DNA from: a virus
Length of the DNA stretch: 41,348 nucleotides
Virus record (IMG/VR): IMGVR_UViG_3300048609_000070
Strand: one strand, 5' to 3'
Under the pieces are notes generated by a model. That model did no database searches, was not told where the DNA came from, and saw only the letters and a program-made list of their open reading frames with translations. Shown here one piece after another: positions 25,315 through 35,100 of the stretch. A program made the translations under genes and the position numbers. Within the stretch, counting starts at the first letter, position 1. Each line of letters begins with the position of its first letter.

Positions 25315-25581
25315 TTATCTTTGAGCCTGCTTCACACATTCCTCATATGCTGGAAGGAACGCAACGGTTGCATCACAATTCGTGAGGGACGCGATCTTCG
25401 ACGCATACATGACGGCAATCGGATGGTTGTTCTTCCAGTCCGTTCCACGCTTGTTATCGTGATCCTCATTGCAGATCTTTTTCATGACCTCTGCGAAGGC
25501 GAACACGACACCTGAAAGGTTGCAGGCGTCTTGCACATCGATTGCGTTTTTGTAATCTTCTCTGGTCAACTTATCTCCCAT
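25315..25581 (-). CDS. hypothetical protein
   Basis: 88 aa. Confidence 0.5.
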   Translation of the reverse strand: MGDKLTREDYKNAIDVQDACNLSGVVFAFAEVMKKICNEDHDNKRGTDWKNNHPIAVMYASKIASLTNCDATVAFLPAYEECVKQAQR

Positions 25582-25583
25582 GG

Positions 25584-25799
25584 TTATTCCTCCTCTGGAT
25601 ATTTTCGGCAGCGCTCTGCTTCTGCCTCATCCATTTTCTTGATCTCTGCCTCACACTTTTTGGGATCTTCGCAGCCATCGTCTGACCATTTGCCACAAAC
25701 CGGACATTTGAAAAATCCCTGGAGTGGGCCGCAAATCCAACAGTGTGGGTCTCCACACATGCACGGTTCTTTCATGATGCGTCTCTCTTTATCCAGCAT
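25584..25799 (-). CDS. Zn-finger small protein
   Basis: CMCGDPHCWICG...CPVCG; 71 aa. Confidence 0.5.
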   Translation of the reverse strand: MLDKERRIMKEPCMCGDPHCWICGPLQGFFKCPVCGKWSDDGCEDPKKCEAEIKKMDEAEAERCRKYPEEE

Positions 25800-26299
25800 T
25801 CATCGGTCAGTGTATCAAGATGTTTGGGCTGGATCCGGTAGATTTTCCCTGTGGGAGTTGCGCCAAGTAAAGGTTTGATGGATGTGATGATGACTTTTGT
25901 CAGCGTGCAATTTTTCAGAGTCCATACCTGATCCACCGCAAGGATGTCCAGTTTATGTTTCTGGATGATTCTTTCGGCATGGTAGGCTCGAACCCTTTCG
26001 CGCCATTCCTCGTTCTCTACCGGCACTCTATTGAGAAAGTGAAGTGGACAGGAACACTCGTCGGGTCCAACTGACTCGCACATTCCGTTGTATCCCCACC
26101 CTCCGTTTTTCCTGAGAAGGTCGCAAGCAATGTGCAGTTCATGGGATACCTGTATCTCGATCACGCGCCAGAGGACGTTACCAACGACAGCATGATCGAG
26201 GGTGACGATGCACCCTTGATCTGCGTCTGGAGATCCGGAGATCAGTGCTTTGACGACATCCTTCTTTGTCTTCCAAGCTTCACAAAAATCCCAGCCCAT
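25772..26299 (-). CDS. hypothetical protein
   Basis: RBS AGAGGAGC before the internal ATG at 26299; 175 aa. Confidence 0.5.
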   Translation of the reverse strand: MGWDFCEAWKTKKDVVKALISGSPDADQGCIVTLDHAVVGNVLWRVIEIQVSHELHIACDLLRKNGGWGYNGMCESVGPDECSCPLHFLNRVPVENEEWRERVRAYHAERIIQKHKLDILAVDQVWTLKNCTLTKVIITSIKPLLGATPTGKIYRIQPKHLDTLTDECWIKRDAS

Positions 26300-26375
26300 G
26301 GTTAGCTCCTCTCTAAGAGTGCTTCTACTCTTGCGTTTGCTTCCTGCAGAATTTTGATTGCTTTTTTGAGGGCTT

Positions 26376-26720
26376 TCATGTGTGAACGCTCCATCCATCA
26401 TTTGGATTCACCGTGACGGAAAAGGTTGGCCCGGCGCATGACCCAAAGCCATCGACGGCTCCGTGATAGATCAGCCCGCCATGGAACCATTGGACGTAAG
26501 TTCCCTGATCATTTTTCAGGTACATGGTGAAGCCGAAAGAATAGGGCGCGAAGTCTTTGAAGAGGACACACATGGATTTTGCCCGCTCTCCATGCTCCGC
26601 GTATGTGTCTAGGTAGTCAAGCTCCGCCTTCAACTGATCGGACTTGCCAATTTTCGCCGCGAAAGCCTCAACCTCCGCGAAGTACTTTTCAATTTCCAGT
26701 GAATATTCAAGCATTTCCAA
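26376..26720 (-). CDS. hypothetical protein
   Basis: RBS AAGGAGG before ATG; 114 aa. Confidence 0.55.
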   Translation of the reverse strand: MEMLEYSLEIEKYFAEVEAFAAKIGKSDQLKAELDYLDTYAEHGERAKSMCVLFKDFAPYSFGFTMYLKNDQGTYVQWFHGGLIYHGAVDGFGSCAGPTFSVTVNPNDGWSVHT

Positions 26721-26789
26721 CCTCCTTCACTAAGTTTATTTCGTCGGATTCTTTTTTTCAAGAGATTTTTTGATGGGCAAATTGCGTGG

Positions 26790-26942
26790 TTATTTCGTGG
26801 GTTCCAGCACGGACACCTTGATGGAGAGCAACCCTCTTGTCTTTTTCCGAGCATCCTGGATGCAGACCACACAAGCGCCAACCGTGCTACGGGTCAAGTT
26901 GAACTTGGCCCCGTCATCGTAGGCTAATTCTATTTTGAACAT
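26790..26942 (-). CDS. small ORF (50 aa, MFKIELAYDDGAKFNL...)
   Basis: Below the ORF-track length cutoff; RBS GGAGGAGAAAT 7 nt before ATG. Confidence 0.35.
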   Translation of the reverse strand: MFKIELAYDDGAKFNLTRSTVGACVVCIQDARKKTRGLLSIKVSVLEPTK

Positions 26943-27370
26943 GATTTTATTTCTCCTCCAAAAATTGTTAGTTCCGAATCCTTTGACAATGGGCAGTATC
27001 GAACGCCTGGGGAGAAACTTATGTCTGGATATTCAGCGGCATTGTCCATGAGGAACGCACATTCGTTTGGCGTACACTGGATGATGTAGACGGAATGCGT
27101 GACAACTTCGATGGTCTCAATGTTGGGGCACATCTGGTCAATTGCGTTGAAGAGTTGACGTTGTTCTAAGATGTTCAACCATCGTTCTGGATACCAGAAT
27201 TGGATATTCTTTATTTCTGGTATGGAAGATCCCTTGTCAAACAGTTTTTCGAGCATGCCATATCCGATATACATGTTCGTTTCTTCCGCCGTGCATCTCA
27301 GATTCGGACGGGTCCGGATAAAGACTTTGAGGGTTACTTTCCCATCCTTTACTTTTTGAAATAGCTGCAT
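26930..27370 (-). CDS. hypothetical protein
   Basis: RBS AAGGTGG before ATG 27370; 146 aa. Confidence 0.55.
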   Translation of the reverse strand: MQLFQKVKDGKVTLKVFIRTRPNLRCTAEETNMYIGYGMLEKLFDKGSSIPEIKNIQFWYPERWLNILEQRQLFNAIDQMCPNIETIEVVTHSVYIIQCTPNECAFLMDNAAEYPDISFSPGVRYCPLSKDSELTIFGGEIKSCSK

Positions 27371-27385
27371 GTTTTCCACCTTATC

Positions 27386-27469
27386 TTAGAGTTTTTCTCT
27401 TACTTTAGCTCCTCTGGTATATGTTACAGGCTTTTCCGTTTCCTTCCCGCACAGATCACACTTTGCCAT
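27386..27469 (-). CDS. 27-aa Zn-ribbon-like peptide (MAKCDLCGKETEKPV...)
   Basis: Perfect RBS AAAGGAGGAGCAA before ATG; its stop lies 14 nt before the next gene's RBS. Confidence 0.3.
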   Translation of the reverse strand: MAKCDLCGKETEKPVTYTRGAKVREKL

Positions 27470-27543
27470 TTGCTCCTCCTTTGATCTCAACCTTGGGGTC
27501 CTGATCATTCAGAACGCCAAGGAAGCTTTCAAAGCTTCCTTCT

Positions 27544-27759
27544 CTAGTCTTGCCGGTAAATGCAAAATTGAGTTTTTCCCAATTTTATTTTTCCCCAAAA
27601 GAATCGTCCTACCTTACCCTTTGTCACAATCTTATGCTCTGTCAAACGCTCTATCAAAACAACGTATACTTTGCTTCCATGCTTGAAAGTGCCATGGTCT
27701 AGCTCAAGATCATCAACATTACATTCCAGATACTTCGCAAGGGCTTTGATTTTTGACAT
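27544..27759 (-). CDS. hypothetical small protein
   Basis: RBS AAAGGAAC before ATG 27759; a 19-nt perfect palindrome GGAAGCTTTCAAAGCTTCC lies just downstream (27521-27539). Confidence 0.45.
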   Translation of the reverse strand: MSKIKALAKYLECNVDDLELDHGTFKHGSKVYVVLIERLTEHKIVTKGKVGRFFWGKIKLGKTQFCIYRQD

Positions 27760-27825
27760 TTTAGTTCCTTTCTTTAGTTTTTGACTGCCCATGGAGTGGC
27801 CCTTTTGTGGCCCTCCCATCGAAAG

Positions 27826-28005
27826 TCAAATATCTTTTAATCCGAGAGCTGTATAGATGCCAGAATCCGAGAAGTAGGATGTATCTTTCTTGCATGTGAA
27901 GCGATATCTGGTGATATTGTCTCCAGGCGAATATGTATCGAAGTACAATCCTACCTTGGCGCAATCAGCTCTCAACTCTTCCAATCGGGATAATTTCTTT
28001 GACAT
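27826..28005 (-). CDS. hypothetical small protein
   Basis: RBS AAGGAGAA before ATG 28005. Confidence 0.45.
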   Translation of the reverse strand: MSKKLSRLEELRADCAKVGLYFDTYSPGDNITRYRFTCKKDTSYFSDSGIYTALGLKDI

Positions 28006-28007
28006 TT

Positions 28008-28391
28008 TTATTTCTCCTTGGTTCTTTTGCAATGGCAGATCCGGGTGTTATTTCCTAATGTCACACCATGCCAGGTTTTTCCATCGGGACCTCGAAACCA
28101 GACGTCATAGCGGACTCGTGCTATGTTGTGCTTTCCGATCTTGATCCTGCAAGGATAGCTCATTGTCCCAGGCCAATTACTGACTTTGCCTGATGTAGCA
28201 TCCAAACGGGTGAGGTAAAGCGTAATTGCACCCGTCTCGATCATGTAAGCTTTGTCCTCTATAGCGCAACAGTCAAAGCAGAGATCTCCGGCAGGACCAT
28301 ATTCATTTGCAGAGTTTCTCCGGCCATAACCTGGAGTATTTCCGGCTGGCACGATTTCTTTCTTACAGTCCACGCAAACGAATGCTTTCAT
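28008..28391 (-). CDS. Zn-ribbon protein (start uncertain, 28391 or 28442)
   Basis: CVDC...CFDCC; RBS GGGAGAG before ATG 28391. Confidence 0.45.
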   Translation of the reverse strand: MKAFVCVDCKKEIVPAGNTPGYGRRNSANEYGPAGDLCFDCCAIEDKAYMIETGAITLYLTRLDATSGKVSNWPGTMSYPCRIKIGKHNIARVRYDVWFRGPDGKTWHGVTLGNNTRICHCKRTKEK

Positions 28392-28507
28392 TTTTCTCTC
28401 CCATAAACAAAATAGCTTGTTCAAATTCCCCGGTTTTGACATTTTTGAGGCTATTCCCCCGTCTTTTCTCCACCCGCTGGGGAAACGTCGGAGCTTCCCT
28501 ACTTCCT

Positions 28508-29197
28508 TTAATAGATGCGAATCCCCTGGCAAGCATTCTTTCCTTCGGGTGTGATCTTGGCGCCTCCGAGGTCGTATGGATGAGCGAACGGCGTGTTGTA
28601 CTCTCCGCTCTTCCCGTAGCCAATGAACTTTGGCTCTCCGAGCAATCTACAAATCGTTCTTCCCTTATGCACCCGGAGGAAGTCCTTGCTGACCAACTCC
28701 TGCAGCTCTTCTGTCGTCGCCTGCATCTCCCAGAGAGCATGTTTCCGCGCCGCTGCTGTGATCGACCCAAACACTGCGAGGATCTTCTGCAGTCTTTCCG
28801 AGAGCTCTGGTTTTGGAAGCAACAGGTTTTTGTTCTCAGGATGCAAATAGATGGTTGCCCATCTCCCTTTGTAGTGAACACGGACTGACAAGATCGCGCA
28901 CCCGGGCATGATCGGTGTGCCGACCAAACCAGCGGCGGCCTGCCCGGGCAGTCCATTGCACGCAAACATTGCAGCCGACGATCCACCATAGGATCCCCGC
29001 CAACCGCCGATTTGTCCCGTCTCATTGTAAGCGTAAACATCTGTCCGGTCATGATCGTTTGAGCTCCCGAGGTTATGCACCTCTGTCTTGAACTCCACAT
29101 CGATTTGTCCACGAAAGGACAGACCCTCCAACGTCCTTCGGATGTGCCGGAAGACTCCAACATCCGGAAGATCTTTTCTCCAATTGATTGCCAGCAT
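28508..29197 (-). CDS. hypothetical protein
   Basis: RBS AAGGGAGAAAG before ATG; 229 aa. Confidence 0.6.
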   Translation of the reverse strand: MLAINWRKDLPDVGVFRHIRRTLEGLSFRGQIDVEFKTEVHNLGSSNDHDRTDVYAYNETGQIGGWRGSYGGSSAAMFACNGLPGQAAAGLVGTPIMPGCAILSVRVHYKGRWATIYLHPENKNLLLPKPELSERLQKILAVFGSITAAARKHALWEMQATTEELQELVSKDFLRVHKGRTICRLLGEPKFIGYGKSGEYNTPFAHPYDLGGAKITPEGKNACQGIRIY

Positions 29198-29258
29198 CTC
29201 TTTCTCCCTTCTAAGAAATCAAGCAAAGGATCCACCGGGTGGATCCCTTGATCATTAC

Positions 29259-30464
29259 TTAGTCAAGGATTTTGCATCTTGTCAAGGTTGTCTGCTTGAC
29301 TCCCTGATATTCGTCGTGTTTTTTGACGGTGGCTTTGACCTTATAGGTCCCTCCAATTTCCACCTTTGGATCCTTCGACGAAAACCAGACGGCGCGGTTC
29401 CCTTCTTCCGACAAGAATTTGACGATCCGCGTCACCCCCCACTGATTTTCGGTCTCAAAGATCGTGCTCACAGTCAAGGTGAAAACTTCTCTCTTGCCAA
29501 CTTCCCCGAAGTGATTCGATGTCTCTGCAGCATGCTTTCGTTCTACTTCCTTTCCCACCCATCGGCGGTAGCCAGCCACAGCAGAAGCGGCAATCCCAAA
29601 CAGCCGGTCATTGACTCTTCCGAGTCCTTCAACCGTTTTCAGGTTGTACTCGTAATCCGACACCGCTTTCTCGGTTCCTAAGTTCCGGATCCATTCTCTT
29701 GTCGCAAGTGCCATATCGATGTCTTCCTGCGTGGGCTCTCGTTCTGTGCAGAATTTCCGGATGTCTGGATCCTCCCGTCTGTCGAAGAACATCGTTCCGC
29801 ATATGTTTGCCGTGGACTGCACTCCATGAGTCATTGCTTGCGATTTTGACAGCCAGCCATCGATCCGGATGAGCGCTGCCGTCACTGCAAGGAACTTGTC
29901 AAGATTGATCCAAGCTTCTGTGCGCGGACCACCAGAACGTTCGCTTTCTTCTCTTGCTTCGTCACATAGATCGAGCACCATTTCACAGTAAGCCGCTGCG
30001 CTCTCCGGATCGAATCCGGCACCTGTGAAATCCGACAAGCATGTTGATCCAACGATCTTGTACGTCAAGCTCTCATCCTGCAAGACATAAGTCTTTACTC
30101 TTTTCCGGATTTGATGGCAGTGCTCACAGATCGGCCCGATTGTCCGGAACCGTTCCGGAAGATCCATCCCAGGAACGACACGCAGGATTGTGATCGGCTT
30201 TCCCTCATCATCGACCAAATGATCGAGCGCCGCGACGAAGGCACACCCGGCAATCCTTGGCGTCTCTCCAGAGATCTCCACCTCGATAGCTTTCCACTCA
30301 TGTCTGATCTCCGTGAATGGATCGATCTTGGACTTGAAAACCTCTCGGATCGTGGTCATAGACACCAAAGGGAATCCGAGCTTGACCGCTTTTTTGTTGA
30401 TTTTTTCCAGCTTGATCTCTAGTTTTCCCATGCTCTGCTCTGGGATCGTATAGATCGTTTTCAT
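29259..30464 (-). CDS. hypothetical protein (401 aa)
   Basis: RBS AGGAGGT 6 nt before the internal ATG at 30464; contains CEHCH. Confidence 0.6.
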   Translation of the reverse strand: MKTIYTIPEQSMGKLEIKLEKINKKAVKLGFPLVSMTTIREVFKSKIDPFTEIRHEWKAIEVEISGETPRIAGCAFVAALDHLVDDEGKPITILRVVPGMDLPERFRTIGPICEHCHQIRKRVKTYVLQDESLTYKIVGSTCLSDFTGAGFDPESAAAYCEMVLDLCDEAREESERSGGPRTEAWINLDKFLAVTAALIRIDGWLSKSQAMTHGVQSTANICGTMFFDRREDPDIRKFCTEREPTQEDIDMALATREWIRNLGTEKAVSDYEYNLKTVEGLGRVNDRLFGIAASAVAGYRRWVGKEVERKHAAETSNHFGEVGKREVFTLTVSTIFETENQWGVTRIVKFLSEEGNRAVWFSSKDPKVEIGGTYKVKATVKKHDEYQGVKQTTLTRCKILD

Positions 30465-30706
30465 GGAATACCTCCTGTTTCCCTCGATTGCCTTGTAAGA
30501 AGCAATCCAGGGAAACCCTGGAATCATTCCAGCGCGTTTCCTCAAAAGAAAGAATTTAGTTTTTTGTGTATCAGGGCCAAGTCATGGCACTCTCCATCTG
30601 TTACTGGGTTGATTGAAAAACGGCGGTAGGCAATCGAGGCTTGTTGACTCTACCGATCATTTCAGGCCAGCGTTACTGCCAAACCATGGAATCCTCCTCT
30701 TGAGAT

Positions 30707-30880
30707 TCAAACACCATATTCTTTTTTGTAATTCAAAGCGCGAGTGTACCTGTGCTCTAGCTCATCCTTTGGTTTTTGGATTAATTGCGAAGCTCTCACA
30801 CGCATCGAATACATCAATGGTCCCGTCCAATAACTGTACTCGTACCGGACGATCATCTCCACCATCTCCTGTTTGTGCAT
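30707..30880 (-). CDS. hypothetical small protein
   Basis: 57 aa; its start directly abuts the stop of 30883-31197. Confidence 0.3.
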   Translation of the reverse strand: MHKQEMVEMIVRYEYSYWTGPLMYSMRVRASQLIQKPKDELEHRYTRALNYKKEYGV

Positions 30881-30882
30881 TG

Positions 30883-31197
30883 CTAAACCCCGTATTTTTG
30901 TTTGAGCTCTTTGGCGAGTCTTCGTCTGTACGTTGAAATGGGAATCAAGTAGGGGCCTTCCCATCCATCGACGATTTTTCTGGTCAAGACATCCAACCTC
31001 TTTTCTAGTTTCTTTACAAGACGTCTTGCCTGTTTGAGCTGGTACTCGATTTCCGATTGTGTCTCTCGCATCAAACCCTCCGTGTCTTTTTGACGGCTCT
31101 TTTCTCCTGCGCTTTCCTCCATGCCAGCACGTTTTGAACCAGCATGCCGCGCTTGCGCCAGTCTTCCATCGATTGCCAATTCTGAACAACGATACAC
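30883..31197 (-). CDS. hypothetical basic coiled-coil protein (start uncertain)
   Basis: 104-aa ORF. A competing 44-aa ORF (31071-31205, RBS GAGGAGAAAAG) overlaps it in another frame. Confidence 0.3.
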   Translation of the reverse strand: MYRCSELAIDGRLAQARHAGSKRAGMEESAGEKSRQKDTEGLMRETQSEIEYQLKQARRLVKKLEKRLDVLTRKIVDGWEGPYLIPISTYRRRLAKELKQKYGV

Positions 31198-31266
31198 TTT
31201 TCCATGATCTTTTCTCCTCTGAGTGGTTCAACAGGCGGATCAATCTTTGATCCGCCGATCAACCTC

Positions 31267-32043
31267 TTAGACTTGGAACCAGTCTGGCTTTGGTTCATTC
31301 CCACTCTTGACCGAGACGCCCATGCGATACCCTTCTTTGTAGGCGTCAGCCAGATCTTTATCTGACCCACCTTTTCCCGATCCGGAGATTGCATCCATAA
31401 ACCCGGCATAGTAGGCGATTGGATCATCCGAAGGAATCTTTCCCAGCTTGACTCTTGTCACGATCGGAATGGTCTGAACTTTCTCAGGTGTAATCCCGGA
31501 GATCTTCGCAGCCAACTTCCCGGCAGGATCAGTTCCCATTGCAGCGCGGCAAAGCCCACTCTGAAGATCTCCCTGCCCGAATTCTCTTGCTGTACTTCCC
31601 AGCCGATTGACCGGTCTCTGCATTCTTTCCTCGTATGCATCCCGATCAGAGGAGAGCAGGTAGCTTTCTTTTCTTGCCTCCCGAAACAGGCGCCCACGAT
31701 CATTTCCCATTTTTGAGAAAAGAGGAGCAGAAACACCATAGTCAACCAAACACTGAACAAGACATGCATCCACATCTTTGTCAGCGACGATTTGACCGTT
31801 GTGTTCCTGAACAACGATCCCATTGTCCATTTTCCATCCACAGGATCTCAGAGCCGATTCCATTTCTTTCAACGGAACGACGTCGATGTCAACTTCTTTC
31901 AGAGCGATTTCGTAGGCTTCTTCTGCGTCACTTCCACATGCATCCACCATGTCAGTCAAATGGATGATGTGGAACCGGCGGCCTTCGATCTTTCTCATCC
32001 ACCGTGCATCTCTGTCTTCGTAAACTACTTTAAATTTTCCCAT
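31267..32043 (-). CDS. hypothetical protein
   Basis: RBS AGAGGAGAAAG before the internal ATG at 32043; 258 aa. Confidence 0.6.
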   Translation of the reverse strand: MGKFKVVYEDRDARWMRKIEGRRFHIIHLTDMVDACGSDAEEAYEIALKEVDIDVVPLKEMESALRSCGWKMDNGIVVQEHNGQIVADKDVDACLVQCLVDYGVSAPLFSKMGNDRGRLFREARKESYLLSSDRDAYEERMQRPVNRLGSTAREFGQGDLQSGLCRAAMGTDPAGKLAAKISGITPEKVQTIPIVTRVKLGKIPSDDPIAYYAGFMDAISGSGKGGSDKDLADAYKEGYRMGVSVKSGNEPKPDWFQV

Positions 32044-32110
32044 GATCTTTCTCCTCTTTTTTGACCTGTCATGTTTGGAGTTTAGCAACTAAACTCCAAC
32101 GGTTGACATT

Positions 32111-32431
32111 TCAAACGCTGCTCACTTGCTGGAACAAGAACCACATCATGGAAGCTTGCACCATGACGTTGTGATCCGAATGTTCGATCCTTTCGAGGCA
32201 ATGCGCATAAAACGCCCCGATTGCCTCCGGGTTTTGCTTGACTCCAACTCGGTAGGCTCCCCGCCCACACCGCTGTTTGCCGATCTTGTGACTCCATTCT
32301 TGGATCTGCAATTTCTCGCAGTACCATGGATCCACGTCAAAGAAGCTAGACACGCAATCCAAACCAAAGAACGCTTTTTCCGTTCTTTCGTCTGGTTTGA
32401 TTCTACGGCATGACGGCGCTTTCAAAAACAT
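32111..32431 (-). CDS. hypothetical protein
   Basis: RBS AGGAGGTG before ATG 32431; 106 aa. Confidence 0.5.
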   Translation of the reverse strand: MFLKAPSCRRIKPDERTEKAFFGLDCVSSFFDVDPWYCEKLQIQEWSHKIGKQRCGRGAYRVGVKQNPEAIGAFYAHCLERIEHSDHNVMVQASMMWFLFQQVSSV

Positions 32432-32493
32432 GGGGCACCTCCTGTGAAAGTTCGAGCTGCAAAAGGACATCTGTCCTTTGGCAGATCCAACTG

Positions 32494-32763
32494 TCAGTTA
32501 TTTTTTTCTTTCCCATAAAGATCCTCATCCCAAAGGTACACCCCATCGGCGATTTCATGGTAGCCAGCACCAATATCTCCCATTTGCGGGGGATTCCTTC
32601 GTGCGCCAAGGCAATCCCCACAGAGGCATCCTTCTTTCCAGCTTGGACAAAGTTTGGACCTTATTCGGCGCATCCATGCTTTTGATCGTGTCGTTCCGTT
32701 TGGGTCAATCCGAATGACAACTTCAGTATTGTGGAAATTATTTTCTAGTAGGTACTTTTTCAT
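32494..32763 (-). CDS. Cys-containing small protein
   Basis: RBS GGGAGGT before ATG; CPSWKEGCLCGDC. Confidence 0.5.
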   Translation of the reverse strand: MKKYLLENNFHNTEVVIRIDPNGTTRSKAWMRRIRSKLCPSWKEGCLCGDCLGARRNPPQMGDIGAGYHEIADGVYLWDEDLYGKEKNN

Positions 32764-32765
32764 TT

Positions 32766-32848
32766 GTTACCTCCCGAGGTAAAGGACAAAGCAGATGAAT
32801 CCAACTGGGATCAGCTGGATTCCAAAAAGAAACAATCCGAGCTCCATG
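32766..32848 (-). CDS. 26-aa hydrophobic peptide (MELGLFLFGIQLIPVGFICFVLYLGR)
   Basis: RBS AAAGGAGAAAAG before ATG; single predicted TM helix. Confidence 0.3.
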
Positions 32849-32867
32849 GCTTTTCTCCTTTGATCTG

Positions 32868-33089
32868 TTATGGCATGTCTTTTGTAATCGCGGCCGATCG
32901 GCCATTTCCGGTATACCGCGCGATCTGATTGTCAGGGGAATTTTCACATCTTGACAACCTGGCGTTTTTCCCACAATAGCGGCGCGCTTCTTTTCGCGCA
33001 TTTTTTTCTGATCTGAAATACAGGTGTGTTTCAGGCCAGCCGTTGTTGACCACTTCGGAAACGCAAAATAGCTCTTCTGATTTTTTCAT
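32868..33089 (-). CDS. hypothetical small protein
   Basis: RBS AGAGGAGCAG before the internal ATG at 33089; 73 aa. Confidence 0.45.
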   Translation of the reverse strand: MKKSEELFCVSEVVNNGWPETHLYFRSEKNARKEARRYCGKNARLSRCENSPDNQIARYTGNGRSAAITKDMP

Positions 33090-33155
33090 TTGTTTACTGC
33101 TCCTCTTTTGATCTGTCACGTCAATGGACGAAAGCTTCGTCCATTGCCTGACATC

Positions 33156-33665
33156 TCAATTGAAGTCAACCCACGGAACCTCCGGGGCATGCCCCCAAAG
33201 GTTCACCTGGATCCCATAGCCAGCGAAGGCCGTCGCCACGCGGAGCGCGGCATGGTTGCTTTCCCGGTGGAAATTGATCGAACACCGCGTTTCCTCGATT
33301 GCCACCGTGACTCCACCTGGCGTCTTGAACATGACCTCCAGGAACGATGGGGGATCCTGATCGGCACCATCTTGCTCCACCGTGACTTGCGCCCTTTGGG
33401 GGTGTGGATTTCCTTCCTCCGGAACCGCCGATTCGACGATTTCCTGAGCTATCGTGCAGGCCCATCCATGGATGCCCGATCCGATGCTCCGGGCATTCAC
33501 GGCTCTTTGGTCAGGACCAGACATCGTTCCTGTCAACACCCCGAGCAGCTCCGCCCATTTCTCCCGGTTTGCCTTGAGCGACCCAAAGATCGCCAAAGCC
33601 TCTGCTAAGGCTCCAGCATTGTCTTTGTCCGGACTAAAATTCACAACGAATCTTGTATCGTTCAT
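33156..33665 (-). CDS. hypothetical protein
   Basis: RBS GGGAGAGAAAT before the internal ATG at 33665; 169 aa. Confidence 0.55.
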   Translation of the reverse strand: MNDTRFVVNFSPDKDNAGALAEALAIFGSLKANREKWAELLGVLTGTMSGPDQRAVNARSIGSGIHGWACTIAQEIVESAVPEEGNPHPQRAQVTVEQDGADQDPPSFLEVMFKTPGGVTVAIEETRCSINFHRESNHAALRVATAFAGYGIQVNLWGHAPEVPWVDFN

Positions 33666-33750
33666 ATTTCTCTCCCGATCCACACGGCCAACCATGTGAG
33701 ACCCACCAAGCTAAAGTTTAGTGCTAATACCGCCAATGTAACCCCTTGAG

Positions 33751-33984
33751 TCATTTTCTTTCCTTTCTTGAAAGTTCGATCTGGCGCAAGACCTCTCTTG
33801 CGTCAGGCCCAACTGTCAATTCCATCGGATCGAAACATAGTACCAGACATCTTCCATCCCAGCAGCAGCCCCAACCGTCTGGTGTTCCACCCTTGCCTCC
33901 ACAGGCGGGGCAGGCCGTCGCCAGAACTTCTGGTGCAAAATCAGGCCATTTGACAATAACTTTAACTTTTTTAACCTTTTTCAT
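33751..33984 (-). CDS. Cys-rich small protein; last gene before the noncoding region
   Basis: RBS GGAGGT before the internal ATG at 33984; CPACGG...GCCWDGRC. Confidence 0.45.
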   Translation of the reverse strand: MKKVKKVKVIVKWPDFAPEVLATACPACGGKGGTPDGWGCCWDGRCLVLCFDPMELTVGPDAREVLRQIELSRKERK

Positions 33985-34599
33985 GTTACCTCCAAGTTTA
34001 GGTCTAAAACTTCCGATCCTGATCTCTAGCATCTCACCACGCCACAGATCAAGATCGGAAAGACACTGGGATTGATTCTGCGAACTCTGAAGTTGTCTAG
34101 ATTGCGCTTGCTTATCCAAGCGGATTGAGTCTTTACACCCCGTAGACCTCGATCTTCCACACTCCGGAAAACGCCTTTCCCTGTGCGCCAGGGTAGCTAT
34201 GTGAGCCGCGTCACTTGAGCACTTCAGATCTCAGTTTGACCAGACTGTCCATTTGGTCCTGACTCCCGGAGTCAGTCTGATCCCGTCAGATGTAAAGCCG
34301 ACCGGTTTTCAAAGAGCAGCTGGAATCCGAAGTTCCAGTTCCGTTGGATCCAGTGACTTAGGATCCTCTGGTTTTTCCCTTTCCTTTCCCCTGCAGACAT
34401 CCAGCTGCAGGTTCTGATGGCCGTGGTCCTCTCGTTTTCTGTGGAGGACCGTTTTCCCAGGTGCCGTACCTACCATCCATTGCACTCCGCGTGCCAAGTT
34501 TAGTCGCCAGGAAAATCAACCCCACATGTTTTTGCGATGCGAACCGTTCTACACTCCTCTCTAGCAAATCCACAACGAAGGATGTGAACTAAACTGCGC

Positions 34600-35100
34600 T
34601 CTCCGTGTAAACTTATGCTCAAAGAGAGAAGGAAAGAACCCTCCGGGTCGATGCCAAAAGCTAAGGAAGGCCCTCCGGGGCCAAAAACTAAAGAGGAGCA
34701 CGCAGGAAGGGGGAAACCTAAAGACGCACCCCCGGAAAGAACCTTGGCAAGCGGGATCTTTAGTCGGAAAGAACATGACCCCCAGCGAAGGAAAGGAACC
34801 TCGCGGAAAAAGAACCGGAGGAATCCTTTGCCGGAGCGCAACAAAAACGAAAGCTGCGAGGAAACCACCCGAGGCAACGAAACCGCTCTGGCCAACATCG
34901 GGGAAAGCTAAACCTGAAGGAAGGAACCCAGGAAGGATGCAAAGGCAAGACGCGCAATCTAGCCTCGGAGGAAACGAAAGGACGCTCCCATGGAAAGAAG
35001 GGAAACCGAAAAAGCTACCAGGGGAATCTAAACTGGGAAGGAACCTGCCAAAAGACTTCCATGAGACTAACCTTAGAACGAGGATCCATCGGAAGGAACG
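34600..35100 (+). repeat. purine-rich degenerate tandem array of GGAAAGGAACC-like units (about 15 copies, spacing about 20-35 bp)
   Basis: By eye: ggaaagaacc, ggaaaggaacc, ggaaggaacc, gaaaccacc, ggaaacgaaagg and similar recur; plus strand about 75% purine. Only low-complexity K/E/R/P-rich ORFs cross it. Confidence 0.5.

Noticed and set aside
28363-29235. 290-aa minus-strand ORF
   Set aside because: It is an alternative frame of gene 28508-29197, which has the strong RBS. It is extremely Arg/Ser/Cys-rich.
30883-31205. Competing overlapping ORFs (104 aa vs 44 aa MEKCIVVQNW...)
   Set aside because: I could not decide between the frames from sequence alone, so I reported the longer one at low confidence only.
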